From Planctomycetaceae bacterium (GTDB lineage: Bacteria; Planctomycetota; Planctomycetia; Pirellulales; UBA1268): a stretch of DNA of 64,000 nt. The notes under the pieces were generated by a model. It was not told the DNA's origin. It was given only the letters and a program-made list of their open reading frames with translations, and made no database searches. Position numbers and translations under genes: made by a program. The number at the start of each line of letters is the position of its first letter. The first letter of the stretch is position 1. The DNA lies in the NCBI GenBank assembly GCA_947449135.1, contig CANFQO010000005.1, forward strand, positions 24,894-88,893, written 5' to 3'. Of the stretch, positions 19,122 through 28,681 are shown one piece after another.

Positions 19122-19604
19122 ATGTCCTCCGACCGCATTCCGATGACCCGCGCCGGCTACGACAAGCTCAAGGCGGAAGCTGACCAGTTGGAAACCGTGG
19201 AAATGCCGAAGTTGGCCCAGAGGGTGGCCGCGGCTCGGAGCGAGGGTGATCTCAGTGAGAACGCCGAATACCACGGGGCACGGGAAAGCCAGGGAATGAT
19301 GCAGGCCAAAATCAACGTCCTCCGCGACAAGCTCGCGCGGGCGGTGATCGTGGAACGGGCGAAGGAAGCAGGCGACGAGGTCGTGTTCGGGGCCACTGTG
19401 GTGGTGAAGGACCTCAAGTTCGGTGACGAGGAGATCTTCGTGCTCGTCGGCGCCGGCGAAGAGGATTACGACGCTGGCCGGATCAATGTGGCCAGCCCGT
19501 TGGCGCAGGGCCTGCTGGGTCGCAAGGTGGGCGAGAAGGTTTCCATCGACGTGCCCGCCGGCACCATGAAGTTTGAAATCCGAGCGGTCCGGTTCGACGA
19601 CTAG
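19122..19604 (+). CDS. greA: Transcription elongation factor GreA
   Basis: 160 aa. ATG is preceded by GGGAG. Motifs are MTRAGYDKLKAE and the acidic-tip segment GDLSENAEYHGARE. The C-terminal FKBP-like domain reads VSIDVPAGTMKFEI. Confidence 0.95.
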   Translation: MSSDRIPMTRAGYDKLKAEADQLETVEMPKLAQRVAAARSEGDLSENAEYHGARESQGMMQAKINVLRDKLARAVIVERAKEAGDEVVFGATVVVKDLKFGDEEIFVLVGAGEEDYDAGRINVASPLAQGLLGRKVGEKVSIDVPAGTMKFEIRAVRFDD

Positions 19605-19650
19605 CCGCCAGGGGTGGGTAAGAAGCCCGTCTGGCCGTAGAGCCAAACCG

Positions 19651-21258
19651 ATGCCAAGCCTCGAGTCGCTCCACTTCACCAATCGCTTCACGCGTGAACT
19701 GCCCGGCGACACCGAGCGGGAGAATCGTCGCCGGCAGGTGCGCCAAGCCTGCTGGTCGGGCGTGAACCCCACACCCGTTGCCGCGCCCAGGCTCGTGGCC
19801 CATGCCCGTGAGGTCGCCGAACTCCTCGACATTGAAGTGACGACCGACAACGAGCAGGCGTTCGCGGACGTATTCGGCGGCAACCGGCTGCTGCCGGGCA
19901 TGGAGCCGTTTGCGATGTGCTACGGCGGCCATCAGTTCGGCAACTGGGCAGGCCAATTGGGCGATGGTCGGGCCATCAATCTGGGTGAGGTGATCAACAG
20001 CCGCGGCGAGCACTGGACGCTCCAACTCAAGGGTGCAGGACCCACGCCCTACTCCCGCACCGCCGACGGTCTCGCCGTGATGCGGTCATCGGTCCGTGAA
20101 TTTCTCTGCAGCGAAGCTATGCACCATCTGGGAGTGCCCACCACGCGGGCGCTATGCCTCGTCGCTACCGGAGAGCAGGTGGTCCGCGACATGTTCTACA
20201 ACGGCAACCCGGGGCCAGAGCCGGGCGCCGTGGTCTGTCGTGTGGCGCCATCGTTCACCCGGTTTGGAAATTTTCAGATCTTTGCGGCCCGGCAGGAAAT
20301 CGATCAGCTTCGCCAGTTGGTCGACTTCACCGTCCGGACCGACTTTCCCCACCTGCTGCCACCTTCGGGCCCGCCTACGGCCGAAACCTATGCAGCGATG
20401 TTCGACGAGGTCTGCCGGCGAACCGCCGCCATGATCGTCCACTGGATGCGGGTGGGGTTCGTGCATGGCGTGATGAACACCGACAACATGTCGATCTTGG
20501 GACTGACGATCGACTACGGCCCCTACGGCTGGCTCGAGAACGTCGATCCCGACTGGACGCCCAACACGACCGATGCCCAGGGCCGGCGCTACTGTTTCAT
20601 CGCCCAGCCGCAGATCGGCCACTGGAATCTCCTCCAACTCGCCAATGCACTGCTGCCGGTCGTGGGTGATGCCAAGCCGCTCGAGGCAGGACTGCACGCC
20701 TACGCCCGCCACTTTCAGGAGGGCTATCGGCGGATGATGGCCGACAAACTCGGAATCAGCCTGATGACCACTGATGTTGACGACTCTCTCGTCGCCGATC
20801 TCTGGCCGATCCTGGCCGCCGCTGACATCGATATGACGCTCTTTTTCCGTGATCTGGCAACGATCAAAGCGGGCGACGACGCCACGGCTGATCCTGCCCG
20901 CTTTCTCACGGCAGTGTCTTCCGGCTTCTACGACACCGAGGCCCGGGTTGCAGTCGACCGGACTGCTCTGGGCGTCTGGCTTGCTCGCTATCAGGCCCGC
21001 ATCAGCGCGGAAGCACTTCCTGACAGCATCCGCCGGGATCGGATGAATACCGTCAATCCGCTCTATGTGCCGCGAAACTATTTGGCCCAACTGGCGATCG
21101 ACAAGGCCGAGGCGGGCGACTTCTCTCGGGTTCGGGAGATGCTCGACGTCTTGAGGTGGCCCTACACCGAGCAGCCCGGCCGCGAGGAATACGCGGCCAA
21201 ACGGCCCGAATGGGCCCGTCACCGGGCCGGCTGCTCGATGCTGTCATGCAGTTCGTGA
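19651..21258 (+). CDS. selO: SelO/YdiU family protein adenylyltransferase (AMPylase)
   Basis: ATG at 19651 (MPSLESLHFTNRFTRELPGD). Motifs are GGHQFGNWAGQLGDGRA, LKGAGPTPYSR and HGVMNTDNMSILGLTIDYGPYGW. The track start at 19573 is TTG and lies inside greA. Confidence 0.9.
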   Translation: MPSLESLHFTNRFTRELPGDTERENRRRQVRQACWSGVNPTPVAAPRLVAHAREVAELLDIEVTTDNEQAFADVFGGNRLLPGMEPFAMCYGGHQFGNWAGQLGDGRAINLGEVINSRGEHWTLQLKGAGPTPYSRTADGLAVMRSSVREFLCSEAMHHLGVPTTRALCLVATGEQVVRDMFYNGNPGPEPGAVVCRVAPSFTRFGNFQIFAARQEIDQLRQLVDFTVRTDFPHLLPPSGPPTAETYAAMFDEVCRRTAAMIVHWMRVGFVHGVMNTDNMSILGLTIDYGPYGWLENVDPDWTPNTTDAQGRRYCFIAQPQIGHWNLLQLANALLPVVGDAKPLEAGLHAYARHFQEGYRRMMADKLGISLMTTDVDDSLVADLWPILAAADIDMTLFFRDLATIKAGDDATADPARFLTAVSSGFYDTEARVAVDRTALGVWLARYQARISAEALPDSIRRDRMNTVNPLYVPRNYLAQLAIDKAEAGDFSRVREMLDVLRWPYTEQPGREEYAAKRPEWARHRAGCSMLSCSS

Positions 21259-21289
21259 CAATGCCCCGGGGGGAGCGAGGAGCGACGCT

Positions 21290-22279
21290 GTGCGACCATC
21301 CACCGACATCGCCATCCGTACGGTAGCAGTCCTTGACAGAGGCGAACCCTATCGTGGACAGGTGTTTCACGACGGCCAACTCTGGGAAGGCCACAGTACC
21401 GGCGGTGTCGCCTCCTACCGACTCGATGTCCATACCGCTGACGGCACACAGATCCTGGCCACGGCCCGCGTGCCACACACGCAGGAGTATCTCTATCCGT
21501 TCGGCCCCAAAACCATCCTGAGCGTGGGCAAGCATTACACGCACCGCTGGGGCTGCCTGACCTACCACTCCATCGCGCGGTATCAACACGGCCGGCTGCG
21601 GGTGAAGACCCGGGCCATGCCAATGGCGTTGCAAGTCGAGCAATTTGGTGGCGACTCTGGTCGCATGTACTTCAACGAAACTGGTTCACGGAAGGTGTTT
21701 CGCTGGACCCGCTGGGGCGCCCGTCCGCTGGCTCCTGATATCCATTTCCCCGGCGCCATCCTGCCGTTCGAGAAGTTCGTCTTCGTGCTGGAACGCAACT
21801 GGCTGAGAGCAGGGGCCGAGAATATCGCCAAAATTGATCTCGCCAGCCAGCGGATCGAGAGGACCTTCCGGCAGCCCCGCAACAAGCTATCGACACTGAT
21901 CGATCTGCACGGATACCCCTGGCTCGCCGCAGTCGAAAGCTGGGCCGACCAGGTCCTGCTCATCGACAAGGAGCACAACACGCTGGCCGGCACGCTCCCG
22001 ACGCCTGGCACCCCCATCGATGCGGCCCAGTTCGGCACGTACCTGCTGGTCATCAGCCGGGATCCCAAGCGGCTGCGACTCTTCGATCTCGCTCTCTCCG
22101 GCGCGCCTGAGATCGCGGAGTGGGATCTCTCAGCTCTCGGCGACGACTTCTGCAACATCACGACGATGCATGTCGATCAACAGAGTGGAAACGTATTCCT
22201 ACGCTCGCCATTCCATCCGCTGATCGACGGCAACACGCCTGCGGTGAAGATGGTGATGCCGCTTCGCTCGCGAGGCTAG
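21290..22279 (+). CDS. Hypothetical protein (possibly beta-propeller-like, no signal peptide)
   Basis: 329 aa. GTG start is preceded by GGGGGAGCGAGGAG. Coding-like composition with no recognisable catalytic motif. Confidence 0.6.
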   Translation: MRPSTDIAIRTVAVLDRGEPYRGQVFHDGQLWEGHSTGGVASYRLDVHTADGTQILATARVPHTQEYLYPFGPKTILSVGKHYTHRWGCLTYHSIARYQHGRLRVKTRAMPMALQVEQFGGDSGRMYFNETGSRKVFRWTRWGARPLAPDIHFPGAILPFEKFVFVLERNWLRAGAENIAKIDLASQRIERTFRQPRNKLSTLIDLHGYPWLAAVESWADQVLLIDKEHNTLAGTLPTPGTPIDAAQFGTYLLVISRDPKRLRLFDLALSGAPEIAEWDLSALGDDFCNITTMHVDQQSGNVFLRSPFHPLIDGNTPAVKMVMPLRSRG

Positions 22280-22344
22280 AAAGGCCGGATCAGGAAGGCG
22301 GCGTTTCTTGCGGCCCACTGCCCATCACCCACCACCCCGTGCCA

Positions 22345-23496
22345 TCACCCCCGGCTCCAGCCCGGTCGCGGCTGTGGGTGCACCTTCGGTGACGCGCCCG
22401 CGGAGAGCGCGGCCAGTCGTGCCCGCGTCGCCTCGACGGCCGGGCCCGTGAGATGCTCGATGGCGAGGTCGAATCGCACGCTCGCGTTCGGTGCCAATGG
22501 CACCACCCGCCCCTGCGATTCCTCGTAGGAACGTGGATTCGGGAAATTGGTGCCGGGCTCCAACCCCGTCACATAGCCATCGGCGAGTCCGCCCTGGTTC
22601 TTCCAGAGCGTGAAACAGGGGAGCGTGTCGGTCTGCCACGACACGCAGGCGGCATGCCGCCCCTCCGGGGCCACGAGCATCGCCGAGGCGATCCCCTTCG
22701 CGTCGGGCAGGTGCCGCATGAAATGGCACTCCTCGCTGCGGCCGGCCCGAGGCGTGTCGAAGCGATTCCAACTGCCCACATCGACCGTCGCCGCTTGATC
22801 GCGGGGCGCCAGTTCCTCGACCGCCGCCACGAGTTCTGCTCCGGGCCCGAGGTGCGGCGGTCCAAAGTTGATGTGATAGAGCATCTGCATCGTGGCCGGT
22901 CTGTCGGAGATGTTCTTCACCGTATCGGTCCACGACACCCGCTGGCGGTCGGCATGCAACGTGAGCGCGGTCGTCATTCGCAGGGCGTGAAAGTGAAACC
23001 GCGTCTCGTCGACAGCGCCTGTGAGCGTGATCGTGCCGGTAGCGCTATCCAGCGTCACGTCGAGATGGTGAGCGGGAAGATTGGCAATTCGGCCATGCAG
23101 TGGGTGCTGTAGGCGGCCTGCCTCGTCAAAATCGGGGGCGCCGTTGCTCACAAGACCGCAGCGGGCGACAAGTTCGTCAAACCCGTCAAGCCAGCCGAGC
23201 CCTGACGGTTCCACAAGCGGCACGAATCGCGGATGCACAGGACCATGCACGGGCGACTGCCAGCCAAGTTCGAACTCCCCCGCCATGATCTTCCAGATAC
23301 CGAGGCCGCGGTCGGGAAGGACGAACACCTTCGTGGACCCTGCGACGAGTTCCACGAGAAGCACCCCGTCCCGGCGGCCACCAGCGAGCCTGCGAGAACG
23401 CACGGAGAGCGGACCAATGGACACGTCGACCTTGTCGGCGCCGGAAAACGACGTTCCACGGTGTGAAGTGATCAGTTGCAGCGTCTGTGACGACAT
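22345..23496 (-). CDS. DUF4432 / aldose-1-epimerase-like family protein
   Basis: ATG at 23496 (MSSQTLQLI). Segments HPLHGRIANLPA, MQMLYHINFGPP and GLEPGTNFPNPR resemble the galactose-mutarotase-like DUF4432 family. Confidence 0.7.
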   Translation of the reverse strand: MSSQTLQLITSHRGTSFSGADKVDVSIGPLSVRSRRLAGGRRDGVLLVELVAGSTKVFVLPDRGLGIWKIMAGEFELGWQSPVHGPVHPRFVPLVEPSGLGWLDGFDELVARCGLVSNGAPDFDEAGRLQHPLHGRIANLPAHHLDVTLDSATGTITLTGAVDETRFHFHALRMTTALTLHADRQRVSWTDTVKNISDRPATMQMLYHINFGPPHLGPGAELVAAVEELAPRDQAATVDVGSWNRFDTPRAGRSEECHFMRHLPDAKGIASAMLVAPEGRHAACVSWQTDTLPCFTLWKNQGGLADGYVTGLEPGTNFPNPRSYEESQGRVVPLAPNASVRFDLAIEHLTGPAVEATRARLAALSAGASPKVHPQPRPGWSRG

Positions 23497-23593
23497 GACA
23501 TGGGCTCCTGGTTGGCGAACTCGATGGCCAGCGAAGCATCCTACCGCGCCATCAGCGTCGGTGAGGCGTCCGGCAACCAGAGACGACACCGAT

Positions 23594-24328
23594 TCAACAC
23601 TCCTCGATCCCCTCCCAGAGGGCCGAACCGACCCGCACAAGCGTCGCCCCCTCGAGAATCGCCTCGACGAAATCGCCGCTCATCCCCATCGACAGTTCTT
23701 GCAGCCCAGTCGCGGTCGTCATGCGGCCCGTCAACTCGTCGCGCAGTCCGCGAAGCCTGGCAAACTGCCGCCGCGCCACCGAACCCGTGGCATCCTCCTC
23801 CGGGGCGGCCGCCATGCCCATCAGGCCGAGGATCCGCACGTGTGGCATGTCCACAGCCGCCTCAAGTAAGCCCGCTGCGTCGGTCTCCATCACGCCCGTG
23901 CGACCGGGATCGCCTGCGACATTCACTTCGATCAGGGCATTGCAGACGATCCCTGCGATAGCCGCTTCGGCCTCGATCGCCTCGAGGAGCCGCAGGCTAT
24001 CGAGCGAGTGTAGCAGTGTCAGCAGAGGGAGCGTCTTCCGGATCTTGTTCCGCTGCAGGTGGCCAACGAGATGCCACCGGGGCGTGGGATCGTGATCGGC
24101 GATCGCCGCGCTCTTTTCCCAGAGCGACTGCGGACGACTCTCCGCCAGATCGGCGCAGCCCGCATCGAGGAGCATCCGGGTCAACCCGGCCGACACGTAT
24201 TTGGTCACACCGACAAGCCGCACCGTTTCGGGATCGCGGCCAGCCCGGCGACAGGCCTCTGCCACGCGGCCGCGAACCGCGGCGAGGTTACTGCGACATC
24301 GGTCAGCGAGATCGTCCGCGGCAGCCAT
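23594..24328 (-). CDS. yggS: YggS family pyridoxal-phosphate homeostasis protein
   Basis: ATG at 24328. Motifs are LVGVTKYV (PLP lysine), WHLVGHLQRNK, EVNVAGD, and LSMGMSGDFVEAILEGATLVRVGSALW. Confidence 0.9.
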   Translation of the reverse strand: MAAADDLADRCRSNLAAVRGRVAEACRRAGRDPETVRLVGVTKYVSAGLTRMLLDAGCADLAESRPQSLWEKSAAIADHDPTPRWHLVGHLQRNKIRKTLPLLTLLHSLDSLRLLEAIEAEAAIAGIVCNALIEVNVAGDPGRTGVMETDAAGLLEAAVDMPHVRILGLMGMAAAPEEDATGSVARRQFARLRGLRDELTGRMTTATGLQELSMGMSGDFVEAILEGATLVRVGSALWEGIEEC

Positions 24329-24348
24329 CGCGCACCTTAGCCCGCGGC

Positions 24349-26274
24349 TCAGTGAATCTCGATCGATCGGTCCACGACGCCGGTCCGCTCGATGCGGCCC
24401 ATAAGAAAGCCGCACGAGATGTTGCAGCCGAGTACCGTGCGGTTCCGCGGCTCATCGAGCGTGCGGTAGACGAGCCACTGATCCAGTCCCTCCTGGATCC
24501 GGAAGCCCGTGGCCTGCTGGGGCGGCAGATTCTGCCGCGTGTCGGCCACCGTCAACTGCCGCCAGGTCAGCGGCCGTCCCTGCCGGGCAGGCTCAAGATC
24601 GAGCCAGAGAGGCGAGTAGCAGCGGCTGCCGGGGGTCTGATGGTCGAGCGCGAGTCCCTCTGTGGTGAGGGCGAAGCTGCCGCGTCCTGCGGTCTTCCAT
24701 TCGGGAAGTGCCAGCGGCAGCGCCAGCAGTCGCGGCTTGGTGTCGTGGACCGACACCTCCCGCGTATCCTTCGCCTGCTCTCCTTCGAGCGCAGCGGCCA
24801 GCGTCACCACTGATTCCACCCGCAACCCACCGGCGGTGGCGTCATCGGAGTGCCTGTGGTTTGTCAGCCCGTCAAACAGCGTGCCACTGGCGGCTTTGTC
24901 CGGCCGCTGCGTAATGGCGTCGGCCAGGAGCACGATGCGGTCCGCGGGCAGAAGCACGATCTGCCGGTCGATCTGCAGGCCACCCGTCAGAGGCGCGATG
25001 ATTTCGAGATAGGTTGCCTTCTTGTCCGACTCCCAACAGGACAGCGTCCAAGGCCCCTCGATGTCGAGCGTCTCTCCGCCCCGAGATGCCCGCCACTGCC
25101 ACGGCCCATCGACGAGCAGCCGATCGCCAACGGCGATCTCCAACCGTGGCACAACGTCGCGGTATTCGAGCAGCACACGGATCGAATTCCGCTCCCAGCC
25201 AGAGCGAATGATCGCGACGGACGCCGCCGGATCGTGCAGATCCCGCGGCAACAGGCTGTCCTGATTGTCTGCGTTCTTGCTCTTCCCCTTGTTCCTCTTT
25301 CCCTTGTTGTTGGACTTGCCCGACGCCCGCGATCCGACCGGCCCCTGCACCACCTCCGCCGTGCGGCGAACCCGCTTGCGTTCCGATTCGGCCGCCACCG
25401 TGAACAGCGGATCGGTATACGCCGCCGGCATCCGGCCGGCCCCTACCAGAAGCCTTCCCTGGCCGCCCAGCAGGCGGAGCGTCGTGGCCACAGCCTTCTG
25501 CAAGAGTTTCTCAGTGGCGGCGTCCCACGGCAGCGTCCCGGTCGCCAGCGCAATATCCCGCGTCAGGCACCATTGCACCACCCGCTCGATGCTCGCCGAC
25601 GAGCCCTCGAGGCGAACCGTCCCCTCGGCCGAAACGAGCCGGCCGATCTCTCGCACAAGCGCCGCAGTGGCGTCGCCCTCGAGGCATCTGCAGGCCTCGA
25701 TATCGCAGAACAGCCGTGCCACGGCGAGCACGAATCGGGTGGAGAGCGTGTCAGCTGCCGTCAGCGAAGGCTGAGCAGACCGTGCTGCTTTCACCAAACG
25801 CTCGAGCAGCCCGCCCGCCGAACCACCAGCCCGCCGCGTCCGGGCCATCCAGGCCAGGCTCCAGGTCGCCGCCTCGCACAGGAGCCAGCGTTCGCGGTCC
25901 ACGGTCGTGGCGGCCGCGTCGTCGAGGCAATCACCAATCGCCCCCTCGATCAAGGTCATGTGCTGCACATCCTGCGAACCGCGATCAACCTGCCGCGCGA
26001 GACGCCGCAGGCGGCGACGGACATCGATTGACTCACTCATGTCGGCGAGCCCGCGAATCCGCCGCCCAGCCGCTCCGGTTCCTACCCTGGCTGGCGTTGG
26101 GCCAACCACGGGCGCCGCTGGGGTCGCTCCTTCGGCCGAGCCGGCATTCCCGGAATCTTCCGTCTCAGCCGCCACAGGGGCATTCTCCATACGGTCTTCA
26201 GAGGCGGCCTTGCCCCGCTTCCCGCCCCGCTTGGGCTTGCCGTTTCGAATCTGGCTTGTGTTCGTCGTGACCAT
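24349..26274 (-). CDS. Hypothetical 641-aa protein (possible heparinase II/III-like fold; function uncertain)
   Basis: Long ORF with coding-like composition. A basic N-terminus is followed by a helical half, a Lys/Asn-rich linker (GKSNNKGKRNKGKSKN) and a beta-rich C-terminal half (IIRSGWERNSIRVLLEYRD). The fold assignment is only an impression. Confidence 0.6.
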   Translation of the reverse strand: MVTTNTSQIRNGKPKRGGKRGKAASEDRMENAPVAAETEDSGNAGSAEGATPAAPVVGPTPARVGTGAAGRRIRGLADMSESIDVRRRLRRLARQVDRGSQDVQHMTLIEGAIGDCLDDAAATTVDRERWLLCEAATWSLAWMARTRRAGGSAGGLLERLVKAARSAQPSLTAADTLSTRFVLAVARLFCDIEACRCLEGDATAALVREIGRLVSAEGTVRLEGSSASIERVVQWCLTRDIALATGTLPWDAATEKLLQKAVATTLRLLGGQGRLLVGAGRMPAAYTDPLFTVAAESERKRVRRTAEVVQGPVGSRASGKSNNKGKRNKGKSKNADNQDSLLPRDLHDPAASVAIIRSGWERNSIRVLLEYRDVVPRLEIAVGDRLLVDGPWQWRASRGGETLDIEGPWTLSCWESDKKATYLEIIAPLTGGLQIDRQIVLLPADRIVLLADAITQRPDKAASGTLFDGLTNHRHSDDATAGGLRVESVVTLAAALEGEQAKDTREVSVHDTKPRLLALPLALPEWKTAGRGSFALTTEGLALDHQTPGSRCYSPLWLDLEPARQGRPLTWRQLTVADTRQNLPPQQATGFRIQEGLDQWLVYRTLDEPRNRTVLGCNISCGFLMGRIERTGVVDRSIEIH

Positions 26275-26395
26275 GAGTGCACCCGTGTCTGGGAATCGTC
26301 AGCGTCTGGCTCGGATTCGCACCGGCCGTCAAGGTTCGGTATGGTAACCGACGGCAGCCCAGGCATCCACGAGCCCGGTCACCCCAGAAACCTGA

Positions 26396-27133
26396 GTGCC
26401 CATGCGTTCCACATTGCCCCCGACTTCGCACCTCCTACAGTGGGTCACCGTCGCGGCCCCGTCGGTGCTGGCGGTCCTCGTGCTTTCGATCGCCGCCTGG
26501 GCTGCGGAGCCGGCCGCCCCCGATCGCCATCCGGAGCTCAAACGGCTCTCCCCCAAGGAGGATGTCTGGATCGACGCCAAGGGCAAACGCGTCGTGGTCG
26601 GGGGCGCGATCGCCGTCGCCAAGGGACCGATCGAATATTTCGCATGCCCGCAGGGGACGAAGGAACATGAGTCGATCGTGGCCACCCGATCAACGGCCCA
26701 ACTGGTGCACGTCGGCCTGCTCGCCATCGGCCTCATCCCCGGCAAGCCCGTGTCGTTCGACCCCGAATACGTCGCTGCCACCGGACCGGTGGTCCGCGTC
26801 ACGATGCGGTGGAAGGACGAGGCGGGCCAGATGCAAGAACAGCCCGCGCAACAGTGGATCCGCGACACCCGCACCGCCAAGCCGATGCAGGAAGACTGGG
26901 TGTTCGCCGGGAGCGTGTTCTGGACCGACCCCTCCGACGGCAAGGAGTATTACCAGGCCGACGGCGGCGACCTGGTCTGCCTGTCGAACTTTCCGACAGC
27001 GATGCTTGATCTGACGATCGAGAGCTCACAGTCCAACGATGCGCTCCTGTTCGACGCTTTCGATGGCCGCGTGCCACCCAGAGGGACTGACGTCGAGATG
27101 ATCCTCGAAGCGGCGCAGACCTCCACTCCTTGA
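26396..27133 (+). CDS. Secreted YdjY-like domain protein
   Basis: GTG at 26396 or ATG at 26402. A signal/TM segment (VTVAAPSVLAVLVLSIAAWA) is followed by GPIEYFACPQGTKEHESIV..LVHVGLLAIGLIPGKP, which resembles the YdjY domain family common in planctomycetes. Confidence 0.65.
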   Translation: MPMRSTLPPTSHLLQWVTVAAPSVLAVLVLSIAAWAAEPAAPDRHPELKRLSPKEDVWIDAKGKRVVVGGAIAVAKGPIEYFACPQGTKEHESIVATRSTAQLVHVGLLAIGLIPGKPVSFDPEYVAATGPVVRVTMRWKDEAGQMQEQPAQQWIRDTRTAKPMQEDWVFAGSVFWTDPSDGKEYYQADGGDLVCLSNFPTAMLDLTIESSQSNDALLFDAFDGRVPPRGTDVEMILEAAQTSTP

Positions 27134-27187
27134 GCGGCGCCACCTCCAGCGAGCGCAACTGGATTCGGTGAAAACCACGAACGGTAC

Positions 27188-28681
27188 TCACTCTTGTTCG
27201 GAACGCTGAAGTAGGCCGGGAAGCTCCTCCCCCTGCTTCAGGGCTGGCTCGATGAGCGGCGTCAGACCCCGCATCGTCTTGAGTGTCGCTCTGTCGTCCG
27301 GGCCGGCCGGATCAGCAACCATGTCAGCGGCGGCGTACGCTGGTGCGATCGACGATTCCGCTGCGTAATCGAATCGCGGTCGCATGACGAAGGATGGCAG
27401 GCAACCGTCTCGATCAAACACCTCCCTCGCCCGCCGAAGACCGTACTGATACTCCTGCTCGCCGGTCGTATCACGATTTTCCATGTGGCTGGTGAACTCC
27501 GGGTCGGGATTCACCTCCATGTCGGCCCACCACTCGCTCAGGAAGGCCACCTGCTCGCAATCCGCAAGCAGCCAGTTTTTCAGCAGCGTGCGCGCGAAGA
27601 GCGGATTGTGCCGCCAGCCCGTGCCCAGCACACGCACGCCCGGCAGCATCCGGCGGACATCCTGCGCAGGCATCGAGATGATGTATCCGCCGTAATATGT
27701 CCGTCGCCGGACGGCCTCGAGCAGGTTCGTCCGGTCGGCGGCGAGGATCTTCCCGGGCCGGGGGTCGACGACCGGCTCGAAGTAGGTTGGTTCCGAGGCG
27801 GAGGCGAGGATCGCGAGTGCCACGTCGGCGGCATCGGTCATCAGACGCAAGTCGCCGAGCCGTTCCTCGGGCGGAATCCGGCTGAGCAGGTCGTGCATCG
27901 CCCGGTCCACGAAAAACGTCACGGCTCGGCCTACCCTCCGATCCGGTCCGAGCACGAGGTTCGGGTGCTCGCGGCGGAACCTGTCCGGATGCCGCAGGTA
28001 ATACGCGTGTACCTCCGGCTTCCAGGAAACCTCCATGTTCGTGAGATCGATCTCCTTGAGTCTCCCCGGCGAGAAGGAATCCTCGGGGTGGCGGTCCTCG
28101 AGCACCTCCTTGTTGCAGGCCACAATCAGACAGGGGTGCTGGGGCGTCGCGACGCTCCGTCGCACGATCTCGTCGATCGACCGCGTGTCCTGCCAGGATC
28201 GCACTCCAAGCGCGAACGCGATGAATTCGCTGAGCGCAGTGTGCTTGATTTCCGTGCCCAGGCCGCGGGCGAGCTTCGACATCTTGTTGTTGACGTTTTC
28301 CATGGCACGCACTTCATCACGGTTTCCATGCTTTAGCCGTTCCTCCGCATGCTGAACGGTGGCATCGGTAAATCCATGACAGCAGAAATAGGCGGCAGGA
28401 ATTGAGCCACTGCTGTTTCCGGCGACGATCGTCCGCCCCTCCCGGAGCGACGGGATTCGAACATACGCTTCATGCATGACGCCGGCATCGTAGGGGAGGC
28501 TCGAGCCTTTGCCCTGGAAACAGAGCAGCAGTTCCATCGCGGCAAACCGGGCTTGCAGCGCCACCGATGCCGAATCGGCGGTGCCCTGCGCCGAAGTCGG
28601 GCGGTCACACACCAGGCCAAGGACGAGCGCCGCCCACAGCCCCGCGGGCCTGCACACGATCGTCCGGAGACGCCATCTCAT
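27188..28681 (-). CDS. Secreted patatin-like / GxSxG lipase family protein
   Basis: Signal peptide (GLWAALVLGLVCDRPTSAQG). An oxyanion-like segment FQGKGSSLPYDAGVM and a nucleophile elbow IVAGNSSGS (G-x-S-x-G) are present. The canonical DGG/DGA Asp motif is not obvious. The start overlaps the upstream gene's stop by 4 nt (ATGA). Confidence 0.65.
   Translation of the reverse strand: MRWRLRTIVCRPAGLWAALVLGLVCDRPTSAQGTADSASVALQARFAAMELLLCFQGKGSSLPYDAGVMHEAYVRIPSLREGRTIVAGNSSGSIPAAYFCCHGFTDATVQHAEERLKHGNRDEVRAMENVNNKMSKLARGLGTEIKHTALSEFIAFALGVRSWQDTRSIDEIVRRSVATPQHPCLIVACNKEVLEDRHPEDSFSPGRLKEIDLTNMEVSWKPEVHAYYLRHPDRFRREHPNLVLGPDRRVGRAVTFFVDRAMHDLLSRIPPEERLGDLRLMTDAADVALAILASASEPTYFEPVVDPRPGKILAADRTNLLEAVRRRTYYGGYIISMPAQDVRRMLPGVRVLGTGWRHNPLFARTLLKNWLLADCEQVAFLSEWWADMEVNPDPEFTSHMENRDTTGEQEYQYGLRRAREVFDRDGCLPSFVMRPRFDYAAESSIAPAYAAADMVADPAGPDDRATLKTMRGLTPLIEPALKQGEELPGLLQRSEQE

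Noticed and set aside
25265-25335. Apparent DNA low-complexity repeat (cttg/ttcc-rich) inside 24349-26274.
   Set aside because: It encodes, on the minus strand, a Lys/Asn/Gly-rich linker (GKSNNKGKRNKGKSKN) within a continuous ORF. This is a coding low-complexity region, not an independent repeat element.
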